DNA of 63,559 nucleotides, counting the filler, from Reticulomyxa filosa (Eukaryota; Protista; Foraminifera), in assembly GCA_000512085.1 (NCBI GenBank). It is 24 parts of 24 records of this genome, joined end to end, with 100 filler letters (N's around TTAATTAATTAA, not from the genome) between each part and the next. Parts side by side here need not be neighbours in the genome. Positions count along the whole stretch, not along the records: positions 60,518 to 63,559 come from ASPP01004863.1; 23 more parts are not named here. The stretch is one strand, 5' to 3'. Below are positions 61,376 to 63,559 of this stretch, one piece after another (position 1 is the stretch's first letter; each line of letters starts with the position of its first letter). The notes below the pieces were generated by a model, which did not search any database, had not been told where the DNA came from, and saw nothing but the letters and a program-made list of their open reading frames with translations. The translations under genes were made by a program, and so were the position numbers.

Positions 61376-62929
61376 TTTTCATTTTTTCACCATCGTTTGT
61401 TTGTTTATTTGTTTATTTTCTTCTTTTTTTTTCCCCCCCTTTTGTTGTTTTTCATCTTTTTTTTTCCCCACTTCATTCTTTTTGACTAGAGCTGTTAATG
61501 GTTTGGTTTTCTTGGGAAAGGGGTGTATTAAATGGAACGATCAGATTTATGAATGATTGTTTAGTTCTCCTGGAGTCATTGAAATTGTTACATTTTTGAT
61601 GCATATAGAATCAATTTGTTTTTTTTGGTCTGTTTAATTTTCGAAAAGCTTTAAAACCATTTTAATTTTGATCATTGCAAATACTAATTTTTTCAAGGTG
61701 TCAACAATACGCTACAATCTTCAAGAAACTCACTTAAGCTCAATATTTGGCACTCTTCCGTGAAAAATATATTTAATTCAGTGATGTTTCTATTTGTTTG
61801 GCATTCGACAACTTGGGTTGATCTATGTCAACTTGCTTTTTTGCTGTGATGAAATATCTTTGGTTACAATAATTTTTCATTCCTTATCAATTTGTTAGAA
61901 AATGCTAAAATTATTAATAGTGATGCACATTATAGCATTCTGCCTGAAAACGTAAATTTTATGAACAGATTAATATTGACATGCTAATTTACTCTTCCTT
62001 TAAAGACAACAAGTAAAATTAAAAAAAAACAAAGTCTTTTGTAATGATTCATATCATCAACTACTTTTTAAGTAAATAACTAGTTTGGACCCTCAAATGA
62101 AGGTTCATGGCACTATTATCTAAACACTACCCAAACATCTTGTGTTAAAAAAAAAGAATTGTCAACGACCAGATGTGCTTTTTCCGAATGGAAATCGAAA
62201 TATACAGTAAGCCATCATTTTCTTGGCAAAGTAACTTAAAAAACAAACAAAATTAACATATTTGCACGTACTGCGCAAATAAAATAAAACAAATACGTAA
62301 AAAAACTCTAAAAAGAAAGTTCGAAAACTGAACAACTGAAGTTCAGACTAGTTTTAATTTAAAGAACAGAAAGCCAAAGGTTGAAAGATTTTATGTTTTG
62401 ATTTTTATACAAGACAACTTTGAGATTTTATGGCCATTGCTACATCTTCAAAATCTTTATAAATAAATTACTTCTTTTAAAAATTTAATAAAAGAGCATA
62501 ACGCGGCGCTATTCTCTGTCGCTTTGCGCTGCATGTTCATAAGAAACAAGGTCAACCAGCTATTTTTTGCTATTTCTAAGTGAACAATACAACTCCTTTT
62601 CTTTCAACTCATCAGAGCCACAGAAGGACAGAAAAAGATAGAGCATGTCGAAAGAGAGGAGTGCGACCGGCGCGAACGCTGAAAAGCGACAGGGCAACGA
62701 CAGAGAGACAAATATAATACTTTGGAAAAGAGAAGCTTTTTGGATGATGGATTTTGAAAAGTCTGTCAGAATTATTTCTTTGAAAAGTATATTTTGCTCG
62801 CCAAATAATAACGTGATGAATTTTTCAAAAAAAAAAGAAAGAAAGCGAAGCACAAAGAATATTACGAGAATTACCAGTTTTCAATTCAAATTTAAATCAC
62901 ATTATTCTTAAGCTTAACTAAAAAATGCC

Positions 62930-63253
62930 TTGGTACTGTTACCTTTAGCGGAGCTAGAAACTGGAGCTGACACACTTGCACAGAAAATTACTGAAATTGG
63001 CAATGGTGATACTCTTATTGAAAATACCGATGACAGGCTTGACCAAAGGACTGTGTTGGAGGCTATTGACAAAGATGCCGCTATCGTTCGCTTATTAGAT
63101 AATTGTGTACAATTCTTAACTGATGCTCAAAAATTGCGATTGGCAATTAATGCCAACCGAAACAGGACTTGTGATCCATTTTCACAAAATTTCAAATGTC
63201 CATTTGAAAGTAGCTGCCTTGCAACTACAGAAGAAAATGAAAAAAAGACATAG
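62930..63253 (+). CDS. Hypothetical 107-aa protein
   Basis: ORF with coding-like composition; no recognisable family. Confidence 0.3.
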   Translation: MVLLPLAELETGADTLAQKITEIGNGDTLIENTDDRLDQRTVLEAIDKDAAIVRLLDNCVQFLTDAQKLRLAINANRNRTCDPFSQNFKCPFESSCLATTEENEKKT

Positions 63254-63559
63254 TCGTGCTTTTTAAATTCTTTTACATTTTTTTCTATTTGGATAAACCA
63301 AAAATGTTTTTAATTGTTTCTTCCAAGCAAGAATACTGCAGGCAACAAAAAAAAGTAGTTTTTACAAACAAAGCCCTTTTACAAATTTTTATAATACACT
63401 AGAAAAGGAAATTAGCCTTGATGTATACGTGGTCACTAAAATCAGATGGAACTTTGAGATGTTTTTTTATCTTTGCATAGAAGGTCTAAATCGCGCTTGC
63501 GCAGAAATATCTGCAAAATAAATAGCAAAGAATTACACAGAAAAAAGACAAATAAAAAC

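Overview
This window is not contiguous DNA. It is 24 short contigs joined by 23 identical 100-bp linkers (N44-TTAATTAATTAA-N44, stops in all six frames), so gene neighbourhood is only meaningful within a contig. Almost all contigs are AT-rich, intron-containing eukaryotic DNA with A/T homopolymers and microsatellites. The expanded WD40 and Kelch families with an 'IKLGWIDDF' motif resemble the foraminifer Reticulomyxa filosa (inference from recall, not a search). Recognisable genes: an RNF213-like fragment, SDE2-like, TLDc, WD40 and Kelch genes and pseudogenes, two 7TM-RGS proteins, an atypical Ras-like GTPase, a cNMP-binding protein, dUTPase, a Ubl...RING-PHD locus, a CUE protein, a P/U-type cyclin, a stand-alone myosin-I TH1 protein, an RPEL protein, Vps8, UPF1 and a decayed Tc1 transposase. 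One contig (39553-40764) is GC-rich bacterial DNA. The best novelty candidates are (1) an intronless Lys-rich/Zn-knuckle/SAM-methyltransferase-like ORF with a 3' hairpin and mutually complementary flanks (4788-5978), (2) the mirrored WD40/Kelch cluster with a separately encoded terminal adaptor-like exon, and (3) an array of short hairpins at 28801-28990.
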